Shown: positions 39,816-49,433, numbered from the stretch's first letter. The stretch: DNA of 64,000 nucleotides from Thermoanaerobacterium sp. RBIITD (GCF_900205865.1 NZ_LT906662.1:1623411-1687410); one strand, 5' to 3'. Numbers and translations: made by a program. Notes: a model not told the origin generated them from the letters alone.

Positions 39816-40322
39816 ATGGTAAATGATCTTGATAAGAAATATTTAAATGATCTTGAAGTTGTACAGCTTGCCATTGATATCGAAGATAGAGGCTATGAAT
39901 TTTATAGACTTGCCGCCGAAAAGTTTGCTGATGATAAGGAAAAGAAAGGGTTTTTTGAAAACTTAGCAAAGGAAGAAACGATACATAAGGCGAAATTTGA
40001 AGAGCTTTATTCACACCTCATCGATGAGAAAAAAGGCGATGATAGTGCATACTTTGATATTGAGGCTTCAATATACTTAAGAACATTATTCAGGACATCG
40101 GTATTTCCTTCAAAAGATGAAGCACTCAAAAAGTTAGATACCATTAAAACCCCATATGATGCATTGGAACTTGCGATAAGGGCTGAAAAAGATTCAATAC
40201 TTTTTTATGATGGAATAATAAAGGAAGCAAAATTTGACCAAACTAAAAGAGTTGCGACTACATTGATGAATGAGGAGATAAAGCATTTTATTGATTTAAG
40301 CAATGAACTCAAAAAGATGTAA
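39816..40322 (+). CDS. ferritin-like / rubrerythrin-family protein (no rubredoxin domain)
   Basis: Two EExxH-like helices (KEETIHK and NEEIKHF). Confidence 0.6.
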   Translation: MVNDLDKKYLNDLEVVQLAIDIEDRGYEFYRLAAEKFADDKEKKGFFENLAKEETIHKAKFEELYSHLIDEKKGDDSAYFDIEASIYLRTLFRTSVFPSKDEALKKLDTIKTPYDALELAIRAEKDSILFYDGIIKEAKFDQTKRVATTLMNEEIKHFIDLSNELKKM

Positions 40323-40499
40323 ATATTAGTAACATTATGGGCATTTAAGACATAAACATTGTTTTAAATGTCAATTGCATTATGCAAAATTATGAACATT
40401 TAGAATATGATAATTATAAATAATTTAACAAAATTTTAATGCTTTTTTATTTAATCTATGATAATATAGTTAATAGCGATTGTTGAGGAGGTGCAAATA

Positions 40500-41231
40500 T
40501 TGATCGAGGTTAAAGGTTTGTCTAAAGTTTTTAAAGACATAAAAGCAGTTGATAATCTAAACTTTATTGTGAATGAGAAGGAAGTATACGGACTTCTTGG
40601 TGAAAATGGTGCAGGGAAAACAACGACATTAAGAATGCTTGCCACAATGTTAAAACCTACATCAGGCAATGCAATAATGAACGGTATTGACCTTATTAAA
40701 CAACCTGAGCTTATAAGGAAAGAGATAGGCATTCTTTTCGGTGGCGAAAGTGGACTTTATGATAGGTTGACAGCAAGGGAGAATATTACGTATTTTGCAG
40801 AGCTATATGACATGAGTAGAAATGATATAAAGATAAGAATTGATTATCTTGTATCAAAATTTGGCATGGAAGAATTTATTGATAGACCTGCAGGTAAACT
40901 TTCAAAGGGAATGAAGCAAAAAGTTGCAATTGCAAGGTCAATTGTTCATGACCCTAAAATAATGCTTTTTGATGAGCCAACTTCCGGTTTAGATGTAACA
41001 TCCTCAAGAGAAGTTCATGATTTTATAAATCTATGCAGAGATGAAGGAAAATCTATAATATTTTCAAGCCATTCAATGCCGGAAGTTGAGAAACTCTGTG
41101 ATATGATAGGAATAATACATAAGGGGAAACTTGTCGCGGAAGGAACGATAGATGAGCTTAAAAATAAGTACAATAATGACAATTTGGAGGAAATATTTAT
41201 GGAATTGGTAGGTGAGAAAAGTGAAGTTTAG
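40500..41231 (+). CDS. ABC transporter ATP-binding protein (NatA-like)
   Basis: GENGAGKTT, LSKGMKQKVAIARS and LFDEPTSGLD motifs. A TTG start is preferred (RBS GAGGAGGTG). Confidence 0.8.
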   Translation: MIEVKGLSKVFKDIKAVDNLNFIVNEKEVYGLLGENGAGKTTTLRMLATMLKPTSGNAIMNGIDLIKQPELIRKEIGILFGGESGLYDRLTARENITYFAELYDMSRNDIKIRIDYLVSKFGMEEFIDRPAGKLSKGMKQKVAIARSIVHDPKIMLFDEPTSGLDVTSSREVHDFINLCRDEGKSIIFSSHSMPEVEKLCDMIGIIHKGKLVAEGTIDELKNKYNNDNLEEIFMELVGEKSEV

Positions 41232-42402
41232 ACATATTTATATAGTTCTAAAAAAGGAACTTAAAGACATATTTAGAGACAGAAAGACGTGGATATTTAC
41301 ACTTCTATTGCCTATCCTATTTTTGCCTGTTATGATGTATTTTATCGCAGGTGGTGTACAGAGCTTTACATCCGAAAAGGCATCTGATGTAAAAATAGCT
41401 GTAAGAGATGAAGGAAATAATGAGCAATTTATTAATTTCCTTAAATCAACGGGCATAACGGTTGAGAAGATAGATGATCCCAAGGTAGCACTTGAAAAGG
41501 GAAATATAAGAGCTGTAATTAATATTCCTGCAAATTTTGAGAAGGATTTAAATGAGGGCAAAAATTCTTCTGTAACGATTCAAAATGATGAATCAAATCC
41601 AAAGTCATCGACAGCGAAAACAATGCTGGAAAATTATATCAAAGAGTATTCAAATTCTATAGTAAAACAAAGACTTATGGCGAAAGGGATTGATCCTTCA
41701 ATTTTAGAGCCTATAACATTAAAGTTTGAAAATGTTGCATCTGAGAATAAGATGGCAGGTTCATTTCTATCATTTATTGTGCCAATGCTTTTAGCATTAT
41801 GGACAGCTACTGGTGGCATGGGTGCTGCAACAGACCTTGCTGCAGGTGAAAAAGAAAGAGGGACATTAGAGCCATTGCTTACAACATCACCATCGAGGCT
41901 TTCAATTATGTCTGGTAAATATTTAGCTGTTACAATAATGTCGATATTAAGTGCTGCAGCATCTTTAATCGGTCTCTATGTAGCATTTGCAATGAATCCA
42001 AAATTTTTCGGATTAAGCGGCGGATTTAAGATAACTGGTTTTATTATGGGAATAATGATTTTAACATCTATTTTAACAGCTGCAATATTTGCGGCAATTG
42101 AGCTTGCATTAAGTACATATGCCAGGTCATTTAAAGAAGGCCAGACGTATCTTACTCCTGTTACATTTATCGCAATGATACCGGCATATATGATTATGTA
42201 TACAATACCTACAGAGATACCAGTGTATTATTTTGTAATACCGATATTTGGCACTATCTCAATATTTAAAGAGCTTCTTTATGGAATAATAAATATTACC
42301 CATATGGGGATGTTTGTAGCGACATCGTTGATATATATTATTGCTGCCATTTATCTCGCATCAACAATGTTTAAGAAAGAATGGGCTTTATTTAGGACTT
42401 AA
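41221..42402 (+). CDS. ABC-2 permease (NatB-like)
   Basis: N-terminal TM helix, a large extracellular domain and five C-terminal TM helices. It overlaps the ATPase stop. Confidence 0.7.
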   Translation: MKFRHIYIVLKKELKDIFRDRKTWIFTLLLPILFLPVMMYFIAGGVQSFTSEKASDVKIAVRDEGNNEQFINFLKSTGITVEKIDDPKVALEKGNIRAVINIPANFEKDLNEGKNSSVTIQNDESNPKSSTAKTMLENYIKEYSNSIVKQRLMAKGIDPSILEPITLKFENVASENKMAGSFLSFIVPMLLALWTATGGMGAATDLAAGEKERGTLEPLLTTSPSRLSIMSGKYLAVTIMSILSAAASLIGLYVAFAMNPKFFGLSGGFKITGFIMGIMILTSILTAAIFAAIELALSTYARSFKEGQTYLTPVTFIAMIPAYMIMYTIPTEIPVYYFVIPIFGTISIFKELLYGIINITHMGMFVATSLIYIIAAIYLASTMFKKEWALFRT

Positions 42403-42573
42403 GTATAAATTAATTTTTAAGGCTATTTAAGCCTTTTTTAAGGAGATATAATTTGTAAACTTCATTATTTAAAAAAAATAAATTTTTTGGTATAATAAAA
42501 TAGTGAAATAAAGATATATTTTGTCATAAAATGGTTAAAATTATGTTATTGATAAAAAATAGGGACGATTGTT

Positions 42574-45500
42574 ATGTTTGATATAAGCGAATCAGAAATT
42601 AAAAAGAGATGCTTTGATACTTTTACTTATAAAAGAGGACTTGAATATTATGTAAGCGGAAGAATCCATGACTTAAGCTTAAATAAGGATGGGACAGCAT
42701 TTCAAGCCATTGTAACTGGAACAAAAGAATACTATGTCAGAGTACAGCAGTATAATGGAGAATTATTTACTAGCTGTACATGCCCTGCAAAAATGAAATA
42801 TAAAGGTGACTGTAAGCATATCGTTGCAGTATTGACATACATAAAAAATCATAGAGACGATATAATAGATTTTTTAGAAAGTGGCATTTCCAATGAATTA
42901 TTTGAGGCCTTTGAAGAAAGGGAATATATTCCGGAAAGTGTAAAACAACCTGTAAACATCGAAATTACTCTCGAATGTGGTTTAACCTCATTACCAGCAA
43001 TAAGTTTGCGCATGGGGATAGATAAGCTTTATGTTGTAAAAAGCATTAAGAAGTTTTTTGAGGATACAGATAATGGTGAAGTAGTGGAATTTGGTAAGAA
43101 TTTTTCCTTTGATCCAAGGATTAATACTTTTAAAGATGAAGACAAGAAGTTTATTCAGTTTTTAAGAGAGATATATGAGATAGACAAGTTTAATACAGAA
43201 GGCTCATACTATAGAATTGATCCTATATTGACAGGTAAGTATGTGAGGCTTACTCCTTCAAATTTGGAAAAATTCTTTGAGATCGTGAAAGATGGTCATT
43301 TTAATGTATCTATAGGTGACAAGACATATTACGATGTAAAAGTTGTTGATGGGGATTTGCCTATAAAATTCAAGCTTGAAAAAGGAAATAATGGTAAAGG
43401 AATAAATGTAAATGTTGAAGGCATCGAGAATCTAAGTGCACTTAGTGAAAAGGGCAATTTCTTCATGTATGATGGTGTAATATATAAAATATCAAGCAGA
43501 CAAAGATATTCATTGGTACCATTTTATAATTTATATGTTAATAATCGTGTCAATAAGATAACATTCAAAGAAAAAGATAAGTTTAGGTTTGCATCAACGA
43601 TACTCCCTGAAATTGATAAGGCCGGAAGTGTTGTCATCGATGAAAATATAAAATCATCTTTTTATAAAGAACCACTTGTAACAAAAATATACCTTGATAA
43701 AGAATATGAGAAGGTAACGGCAGACATAAATTTTACTTACGGAATTTACAATATAAACCTGTATAATCCTGATAAAACAAACATAACAAAAGATTGCATC
43801 CTTATAAGAGATGAAGCAGGAGAAAAAAGTGTTTTAGAAATATTCGAAAGAGCTGAGTTTAAGATAAAGGACAATAGGGTTTATATTGATAATGAGGAAG
43901 CAATATATAATTTTATAGTTAATCTACTGCCTGCATTGCAGAAGAGGGCAGAAGTATATTATTCTGAGTCCTTTAAGGCGATAAAGCTTTATAAAAGGTC
44001 GTATAGTGGAAGAATAAGACTTCGTGATGATAATTTGCTGGAGTTTAGTTTTTCAATAGATGATATCGATCAAGACCTTATACCGAAGATATTTGATTCT
44101 ATAAGAAGAAAGAAAAAATTTTTTAGGCTTCCAGATGGTTCATTCTTACCTATAGAAGATGATGATTTAAGAGATATAGTAAATTTAGCAGATGAACTTG
44201 ATCTAAATGATAAGGACTTAAAAAAGAATATTATAAATATTCCTAAGTACAAAGCTTTATACCTTGATGAGAGGCTTAAAAAAGACAAGGTGCAAATAGA
44301 GAGGGACCTTAAGTTTCGAGAGCTTGTTAAGAATATTAAAGAACCACAGGAAACAACTTATGAAATTCCTAAAGAACTTAGAGGAACACTTAGAAATTAT
44401 CAAGTTGTTGGTTTTAAATGGTTGAAGACATTGGCTTCATATGGACTTGGTGGCATACTTGCGGATGATATGGGATTAGGTAAGACAATACAGACAATAG
44501 CATTTTTGCTATCAGAAAGAGAAAAATATAAAGAACCTGCTATTGTAATCTGTCCGACAACGCTTGTATATAATTGGGAAAGTGAAATAAATAAATTCGC
44601 TCCAAGCCTTAAGACAACGGTTATATCAGGAAATAAAAGTGAAAGGAATTATCTTAGAAAAAATATAAAAGAATCAGATATTGTGATAACATCATATCCA
44701 TTGATAAGAAGGGATATAGACGATTACGATAATATTAAATTTAGCTATTGCATACTCGATGAGGCACAGTACATCAAAAACCCAAATTCACAGAATGCCG
44801 AATCAGTCAAAAGGATAAAAGCAAAGGGATATTTCGCTCTTACCGGTACACCTATTGAGAATTCATTGACGGAATTATGGTCGATATTTGACTTTTTAAT
44901 GCCGGGATATTTACTTTCACATAGAAAATTTGTAGAAAAATATGAAAAACCTATAATAAAGGAAAATAATAAAGAAAAACTAGTTGATTTAAACAGGCAT
45001 ATTAAGCCTTTCGTATTAAGGAGACTTAAAAAAGATGTGCTTAAGGAGCTTCCACAGAAAATCGAGACAACATCAGTTGCAGAACTTACTAAAGAACAGA
45101 AAGAGCTGTATATGGCATATCTTGAAAATGCGAAAGGCGAAATAGCCGAAGAGATAAGGAATAAAGGCTTTGAAAGAAGCCAAATTAAAATAATTTCAGC
45201 CCTTACAAGATTGAGACAGATTTGCTGCCATCCATCAATGTTCATTGAAAACTATAAAGGCGATAGCGGAAAGATGGAGCTTTTAATGGAGCTATTAAAT
45301 GAGCTTAAAGATGGTGGACATAGGGTACTCCTCTTCTCACAGTTTACAACAGCATTAAAACTTATTGAGGAAAAGCTTAAAAAAGAGAAGATTTCTTATC
45401 TCTATCTTGATGGGCAAACAAAATCAGAGGATAGAGGAGCGCTTGTAAAAGCTTTTAATGAAGGAAAGGCAAATGTATTTTTGATATCATTAAAAGCAGG

Positions 45501-45777
45501 CGGCACAGGTCTTAATTTAACAGGAGCAGATACGGTAATACATTTTGACCCATGGTGGAATCCTGCCGTTGAAGACCAGGCAACAGATAGAGCGCATAGG
45601 ATAGGCCAAATAAATACAGTACAAGTAATAAAACTTATTACACAAGGTACTATTGAAGAAAAAATTATAAAATTGCAGGAGAAAAAGAAAGAGATAATAA
45701 ATTCGGTTATAAATCCAGGAGAAACATTTATAACTAGATTGAGTGAAGAAGAAGTAAAAGAGCTTTTTGCTATGTAA
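42574..45777 (+). CDS. SNF2-family helicase with N-terminal SWIM zinc finger
   Basis: SWIM zinc finger (CTCPAKMKYKGDCKHIVAVL). SNF2 motifs LADDMGLGKT, ILDEAQYIKN and LTGTPIEN, plus a helicase C-terminal motif (HFDPWWNPAVEDQATDRAHRIGQ). Confidence 0.85.
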   Translation: MFDISESEIKKRCFDTFTYKRGLEYYVSGRIHDLSLNKDGTAFQAIVTGTKEYYVRVQQYNGELFTSCTCPAKMKYKGDCKHIVAVLTYIKNHRDDIIDFLESGISNELFEAFEEREYIPESVKQPVNIEITLECGLTSLPAISLRMGIDKLYVVKSIKKFFEDTDNGEVVEFGKNFSFDPRINTFKDEDKKFIQFLREIYEIDKFNTEGSYYRIDPILTGKYVRLTPSNLEKFFEIVKDGHFNVSIGDKTYYDVKVVDGDLPIKFKLEKGNNGKGINVNVEGIENLSALSEKGNFFMYDGVIYKISSRQRYSLVPFYNLYVNNRVNKITFKEKDKFRFASTILPEIDKAGSVVIDENIKSSFYKEPLVTKIYLDKEYEKVTADINFTYGIYNINLYNPDKTNITKDCILIRDEAGEKSVLEIFERAEFKIKDNRVYIDNEEAIYNFIVNLLPALQKRAEVYYSESFKAIKLYKRSYSGRIRLRDDNLLEFSFSIDDIDQDLIPKIFDSIRRKKKFFRLPDGSFLPIEDDDLRDIVNLADELDLNDKDLKKNIINIPKYKALYLDERLKKDKVQIERDLKFRELVKNIKEPQETTYEIPKELRGTLRNYQVVGFKWLKTLASYGLGGILADDMGLGKTIQTIAFLLSEREKYKEPAIVICPTTLVYNWESEINKFAPSLKTTVISGNKSERNYLRKNIKESDIVITSYPLIRRDIDDYDNIKFSYCILDEAQYIKNPNSQNAESVKRIKAKGYFALTGTPIENSLTELWSIFDFLMPGYLLSHRKFVEKYEKPIIKENNKEKLVDLNRHIKPFVLRRLKKDVLKELPQKIETTSVAELTKEQKELYMAYLENAKGEIAEEIRNKGFERSQIKIISALTRLRQICCHPSMFIENYKGDSGKMELLMELLNELKDGGHRVLLFSQFTTALKLIEEKLKKEKISYLYLDGQTKSEDRGALVKAFNEGKANVFLISLKAGGTGLNLTGADTVIHFDPWWNPAVEDQATDRAHRIGQINTVQVIKLITQGTIEEKIIKLQEKKKEIINSVINPGETFITRLSEEEVKELFAM

Positions 45778-45842
45778 TAAAATAGATATTTAAAATTGAT
45801 TTTACACAAAGATGATTCAGTAAATTAATAAGCTATTTAAAA

Positions 45843-45875
45843 GCAATTGTCTATTAAAACAATTGCTTTTTTTTG
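45843..45875 (+). terminator. rho-independent terminator after the helicase gene
   Basis: GCAATTGT...ACAATTGC followed by TTTTTTTT. Confidence 0.6.
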
Positions 45876-45892
45876 TAAAAAATTTCTCTGCT

Positions 45893-46157
45893 GATTATGT
45901 TACAAGTTTGTAATAAAAAATTAAGGAATTGTTAATAAATTTTATAAATTTTAATTTTATAATAAAAGGTAAGATATGGGAGGCAAGAATATAAAATGAA
46001 GCATAATATGCGGAAGTGATAAAAATTATTTTTATATTGCGGAATATTTTTAGAATAATTTAGCTTTTATATATATAGAAGGGGAAACAAAAGACGGAGG
46101 TGAAGAAAAAGATTATTCAATGTTCCCAAAAACATATGAGGGAGGGAGATATCTTTT
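45893..46157 (+). repeat. leader module copy A (part 1 joined to part 2; sigma cassette absent; uORF start degenerate)
   Basis: Shares TTATGTTACAAGTTTGTAATAAAAAATTAAGGAAT...GGGAGGCAAGAATATAAAATGAAGCATAATATGCGGAAGTGATAAAAAT...GGAATATTTTTAGAATAATTTAGCTTTTATATA with the other copies. Confidence 0.7.
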
Positions 46158-46838
46158 ATGAAATATCAAAAAAAATTAACAGCAGTATTACTTATAACCA
46201 TATTTTTACTGAGTGTAGTGATTACGGGCTTTACTTCAATATCGAAAGCAAGCACAAAAGAATCACTTGGTGTGAGTGATGCAACAAATTTTGATGATCC
46301 TATTACAGTAATTTCAGGCATGGTTCAGGCGATTAATGAACAGGATCCTTATGAGTATATGACCTATTTTACCAATTCTAATCGCACAGCTATGACACAG
46401 TTTCTTTCAAGTAATAAATCAGAGTCATTCTTTAAAGAGAAGCAAGCAAAGTTGATTCAAATTAAGGAGCTCCCAAAGGACATAGATATAGAAGCAGCAG
46501 GCATATCATCTGGAGAAAACTTAAATTTGGATGATACACGTATTTATTATGCTGAAATTAACTTTAAAGTGGATAAAGAAGATAAATGGCTATATAATGG
46601 TACAAACTATCGTGTTATTGTTGTTACAAAAGAAGATGGAAACTGGAAAATAGTCAGGCTATCAGTTCCATCTATAGAATACTTAAAAGATACTGGCAAT
46701 GGATTTAATTCAAAGGATGAAAATATTGCTGTTAAAATTGAAAGTACTCTTGAGAGAAAAGGACAAGTAATGAATATGAAGGGTGCAGTTATTGATAATA
46801 TTGCTGCAACAGAAGAACAGTTAAAAAATGAAAAATAG
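46158..46838 (+). CDS. lipoprotein; truncated paralog of 58729..59997
   Basis: Signal peptide/lipobox-like N-terminus. It is about 85% identical to the first 225 aa of the 58729 gene and is followed after the stop by a remnant of that gene's C-terminal domain at 46846-46925. Confidence 0.5.
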   Translation: MKYQKKLTAVLLITIFLLSVVITGFTSISKASTKESLGVSDATNFDDPITVISGMVQAINEQDPYEYMTYFTNSNRTAMTQFLSSNKSESFFKEKQAKLIQIKELPKDIDIEAAGISSGENLNLDDTRIYYAEINFKVDKEDKWLYNGTNYRVIVVTKEDGNWKIVRLSVPSIEYLKDTGNGFNSKDENIAVKIESTLERKGQVMNMKGAVIDNIAATEEQLKNEK

Positions 46839-47193
46839 TCCTAGCAAAAACAGCAGTTCAAGCTGGAGCTATAGCTGTAAAAATGTATGGCTGGTACCAT
46901 GTGAATCATCCAAAATGGAACTTTCGTATAATTAGGGGATTATTTGAATGGTATCTGTTGTAAAAATATCAGAAGTAGTAGCCTCTTACAGTTAATATTC
47001 CTAAATTATTATGACATTTCTAAAATGTAAAAAGATAACATTTAATAAAAAATTTATTATTATATAAATTTTAACAGTTATTACATAAATAAAAAAGAAG
47101 GTGATATATTAAAAACCTACTTTAAATTACATGATATTTTATTTAAATTGGAGGAAAAGGAAAATAATTAATTCAAATAAGGAGAGATCTGAA

Positions 47194-47427
47194 ATGAAAA
47201 GAATTTTAGTTACTATTATAATGTGCACTATTTTGGTTTTTTCATCAACTGTTGGCTTTGCAAATGTTGGTGATAATAAACTGAATAGTGTTTCTGCAAT
47301 TGTGAATAAAAATGATGCGAAAAAGATTGCAGCAAATCATGTCATTAGAGAAAAGCATAATGCTGAATTTAAAGACTGGATTAATGGCGAAGTAGACGAT
47401 GGAACAGAATTAGTCGATTTTAAATAA
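47194..47427 (+). CDS. small exported PepSY-like protein fragment (probably part of a disrupted gene)
   Basis: Signal peptide (MKRILVTIIMCTILVFSSTVGFA) and a PepSY-like segment. The reading continues in another frame to about 47570. Confidence 0.3.
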   Translation: MKRILVTIIMCTILVFSSTVGFANVGDNKLNSVSAIVNKNDAKKIAANHVIREKHNAEFKDWINGEVDDGTELVDFK

Positions 47428-47813
47428 TAATGTTATTGCTTATCTTTTTAATGTATATGACAAGACTGCATTATTAGGCTATATTATAGTAAGTGCTAAT
47501 AAAAATATGCCGCCTATTTTAGAATATTCCCGAGCTAGTTCTATAGTATTGGCTTATCCAAGATAAAACAAAATCTTCAAAGAAATGAAACACTTAAAAA
47601 AGCGACTTATGTATATTTTTTCCCTAATACATATATGATAAAATTTATTATAAATAGAAACAATTATGATCAAGAGGAAGAATTATTTGATATTAGAAAT
47701 TATAAAAAAATTATTTATAAAGACATAAATCAAAGTACAATAAATTCCTCAGATATTAACTCTTAGATGTTAATAATGTAAAAACATGGAACAAATTATT
47801 TGATTTTAATCCA

Positions 47814-48341
47814 ATGAATAGTGGAACAATAACTACGAAGAAAATAAGTGGTGTTCCAGATTTGACTTGGTATAAAGGCTGTGCTCCTACATCAGCAGCT
47901 AACTTGATTTATTATTGGGATGCTCATGGATATCCTAACCTTGTTATTAATGAAACTACTAATCAAGTAATAGAAAAATTGGCAATGAATATGGGAACAG
48001 ATAGTAATGGTTCTACTAATGTTTTATTTATTATGTCTGGTACTATTCAATATATAAAATCAAAAGGATATACAAATTTTGATGGTTATGATTTAAATCC
48101 TCCTAGCTATTATGATATAAGGAATGAAATAAATAATTCAAGACCCCTATTATTATCGGTAATAGGACATCCAACTTATGAAAATCATACAATGGCATGT
48201 GTTGGATATGAATACGTAACAGAACTTGGAGAAATAACAGAAGAATATGTAATAGTACATGATACATGGAGTGAAACTCCTACAGATGTGTATATTGCAT
48301 TTGATGGGACTTTCAAATATGCACATATATTTATTCCATAA
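47814..48341 (+). CDS. C39-like papain-fold peptidase domain protein (possibly the 3' part of a disrupted gene)
   Basis: Catalytic-type Cys (WYKGCAPTSAANLIYYW) and His (VIVHDTW). No signal peptide is present on this ORF. Confidence 0.45.
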   Translation: MNSGTITTKKISGVPDLTWYKGCAPTSAANLIYYWDAHGYPNLVINETTNQVIEKLAMNMGTDSNGSTNVLFIMSGTIQYIKSKGYTNFDGYDLNPPSYYDIRNEINNSRPLLLSVIGHPTYENHTMACVGYEYVTELGEITEEYVIVHDTWSETPTDVYIAFDGTFKYAHIFIP

Positions 48342-48354
48342 AAAGGTGATATTT

Positions 48355-48690
48355 ATGATATCAAAAAAATGGATAATGACCATGCTACTTATTTTGGCTC
48401 TCACAGGATGTTCAAATCTAAAAAAACAAGGAGATGTGGTAGGTGGAATATCTGATAATGAAGCTTTGAAGGTAGCTAAAGAAAAAGCGGAAATTACTAA
48501 AGTAAAATCAGAAGAGCTTAAAAATTTAGAAGTTGATCTCGACAAATTTTTTGATGATCCAAAACTTATGGAAAAATCTCCTTGCCCCGTTTACTGGATA
48601 ATAAAAGGTGTTGATAAAGAAGGGAAATCCTTAACTGTATATGTAAATTATAAAAAACCCAGCATTTATTATATTAAAAATGAAAGATAG
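48355..48690 (+). CDS. small lipoprotein
   Basis: Lipobox LILALTGCSN and an RBS (AAAGGTGA). It is about 95% identical to the product of 58106..58441. Confidence 0.55.
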   Translation: MISKKWIMTMLLILALTGCSNLKKQGDVVGGISDNEALKVAKEKAEITKVKSEELKNLEVDLDKFFDDPKLMEKSPCPVYWIIKGVDKEGKSLTVYVNYKKPSIYYIKNER

Positions 48691-48707
48691 TCTAATTGTT
48701 GAATTTG

Positions 48708-48733
48708 TCATGGCATTTGCCATGCTTTTTTTA
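48708..48733 (+). terminator. rho-independent terminator
   Basis: CATGGCATTTGCCATG followed by TTTTTTT; the same element occurs at 58458-58483. Confidence 0.6.
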
Positions 48734-48826
48734 TGTTACAAGATTGTAATAGAAAATTAAGGAATAATTAATAAAATTTATAATTTTTAATTTTATAATA
48801 GAGGTGAGGTATGGGAGGTTAAGAGT
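48731..48826 (+). repeat. leader module copy B, part 1
   Basis: TTATGTTACAAGATTGTAATAGAAAATTAAGGAATAATTAATAAAATTTATAATTTTTAATTTTATAATAGAGGTGAGGTATGGGAGGTTAAGAG, immediately before the ATG of 48827. Confidence 0.7.
48737..48750. promoter_or_regulatory. palindrome TTACAAGATTGTAA, putative operator
   Basis: Also present at 45899-45912 (as TTACAAGTTTGTAA), 52951-52964 and 58487-58500. Confidence 0.4.
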
Positions 48827-49228
48827 ATGGGAGAGAGCGATGTAGAATTTGCATTTATTAAGTTTATTGAAAAATCTATTAATTATGAAGCAGTAAAAGC
48901 CATAAAAAAATATAATGACATTAAAAAGAAAGAACTTTTAACATTAGAGTTACCAGATTACAATGGCAATATTGAAAATGATGGGAAAATTATTGACAGT
49001 ACGGTATACGATAATGTGTTAATTGAAAATGAAATAATAGATAGATTAATGATTTCAAAATGCAAGGAACTGTTGGAAGCGGAAGAATTTAATGTTGTAA
49101 TGCTAAATATAATGCAAGATATACCACAAAAAGAGGTAGCTAAAATGTTAAATAAATCACAATCATCCATAAGCAAGATTAAGAAAAAAGCCCTTAAGAA
49201 AATAAGAAAGTTTATGGAGGGTTCTTGA
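48827..49228 (+). CDS. ECF-type sigma-70 C-terminal fragment (regions 2.3/2.4 to 4.2)
   Basis: EFAFIKFIEKSINYEAVKAIKKYNDIKKKEL aligns to region 2.3-2.4 (compare SigW FSTWLYRIATNLTIDRIRKKK). The C-terminal VVMLNIMQDIPQKEVAKMLNKSQSSISKIKKKALKKIRK is a region 4.2 HTH. Confidence 0.6.
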   Translation: MGESDVEFAFIKFIEKSINYEAVKAIKKYNDIKKKELLTLELPDYNGNIENDGKIIDSTVYDNVLIENEIIDRLMISKCKELLEAEEFNVVMLNIMQDIPQKEVAKMLNKSQSSISKIKKKALKKIRKFMEGS

Positions 49229-49232
49229 AAGT

Positions 49233-49433
49233 ATGTGTAAAAATAAAAGCCTTTTTGAAATTATTTTAAAGGCTAAAGAAGGTGATAAAGATGCTATGCA
49301 AGAGATAATATTGCGATTTCAGCCTCTTATAAAGAAAAACATGAGAAATGTTGATATGGACATAAAAGATGATATAAGTCAGGATATTGTTGAGGTAATA
49401 ATAAAAGCAATCAAAAAATTTGATATAAAATGA
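49233..49433 (+). CDS. ECF-type sigma-70 N-terminal fragment (regions 2.1-2.2 only)
   Basis: LKAKEGDKDAMQEIILRFQPLI...DDISQDIVEVIIKAIKKFDIK aligns to the SigW-type regions 2.1-2.2 (QVKKGDQDAFADIV...AEDIAQEAFIRAYVNIDSFDIN). It has its own RBS (GGAGGG, 10 nt), and its start lies 4 nt after the previous stop. Confidence 0.6.
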   Translation: MCKNKSLFEIILKAKEGDKDAMQEIILRFQPLIKKNMRNVDMDIKDDISQDIVEVIIKAIKKFDIK

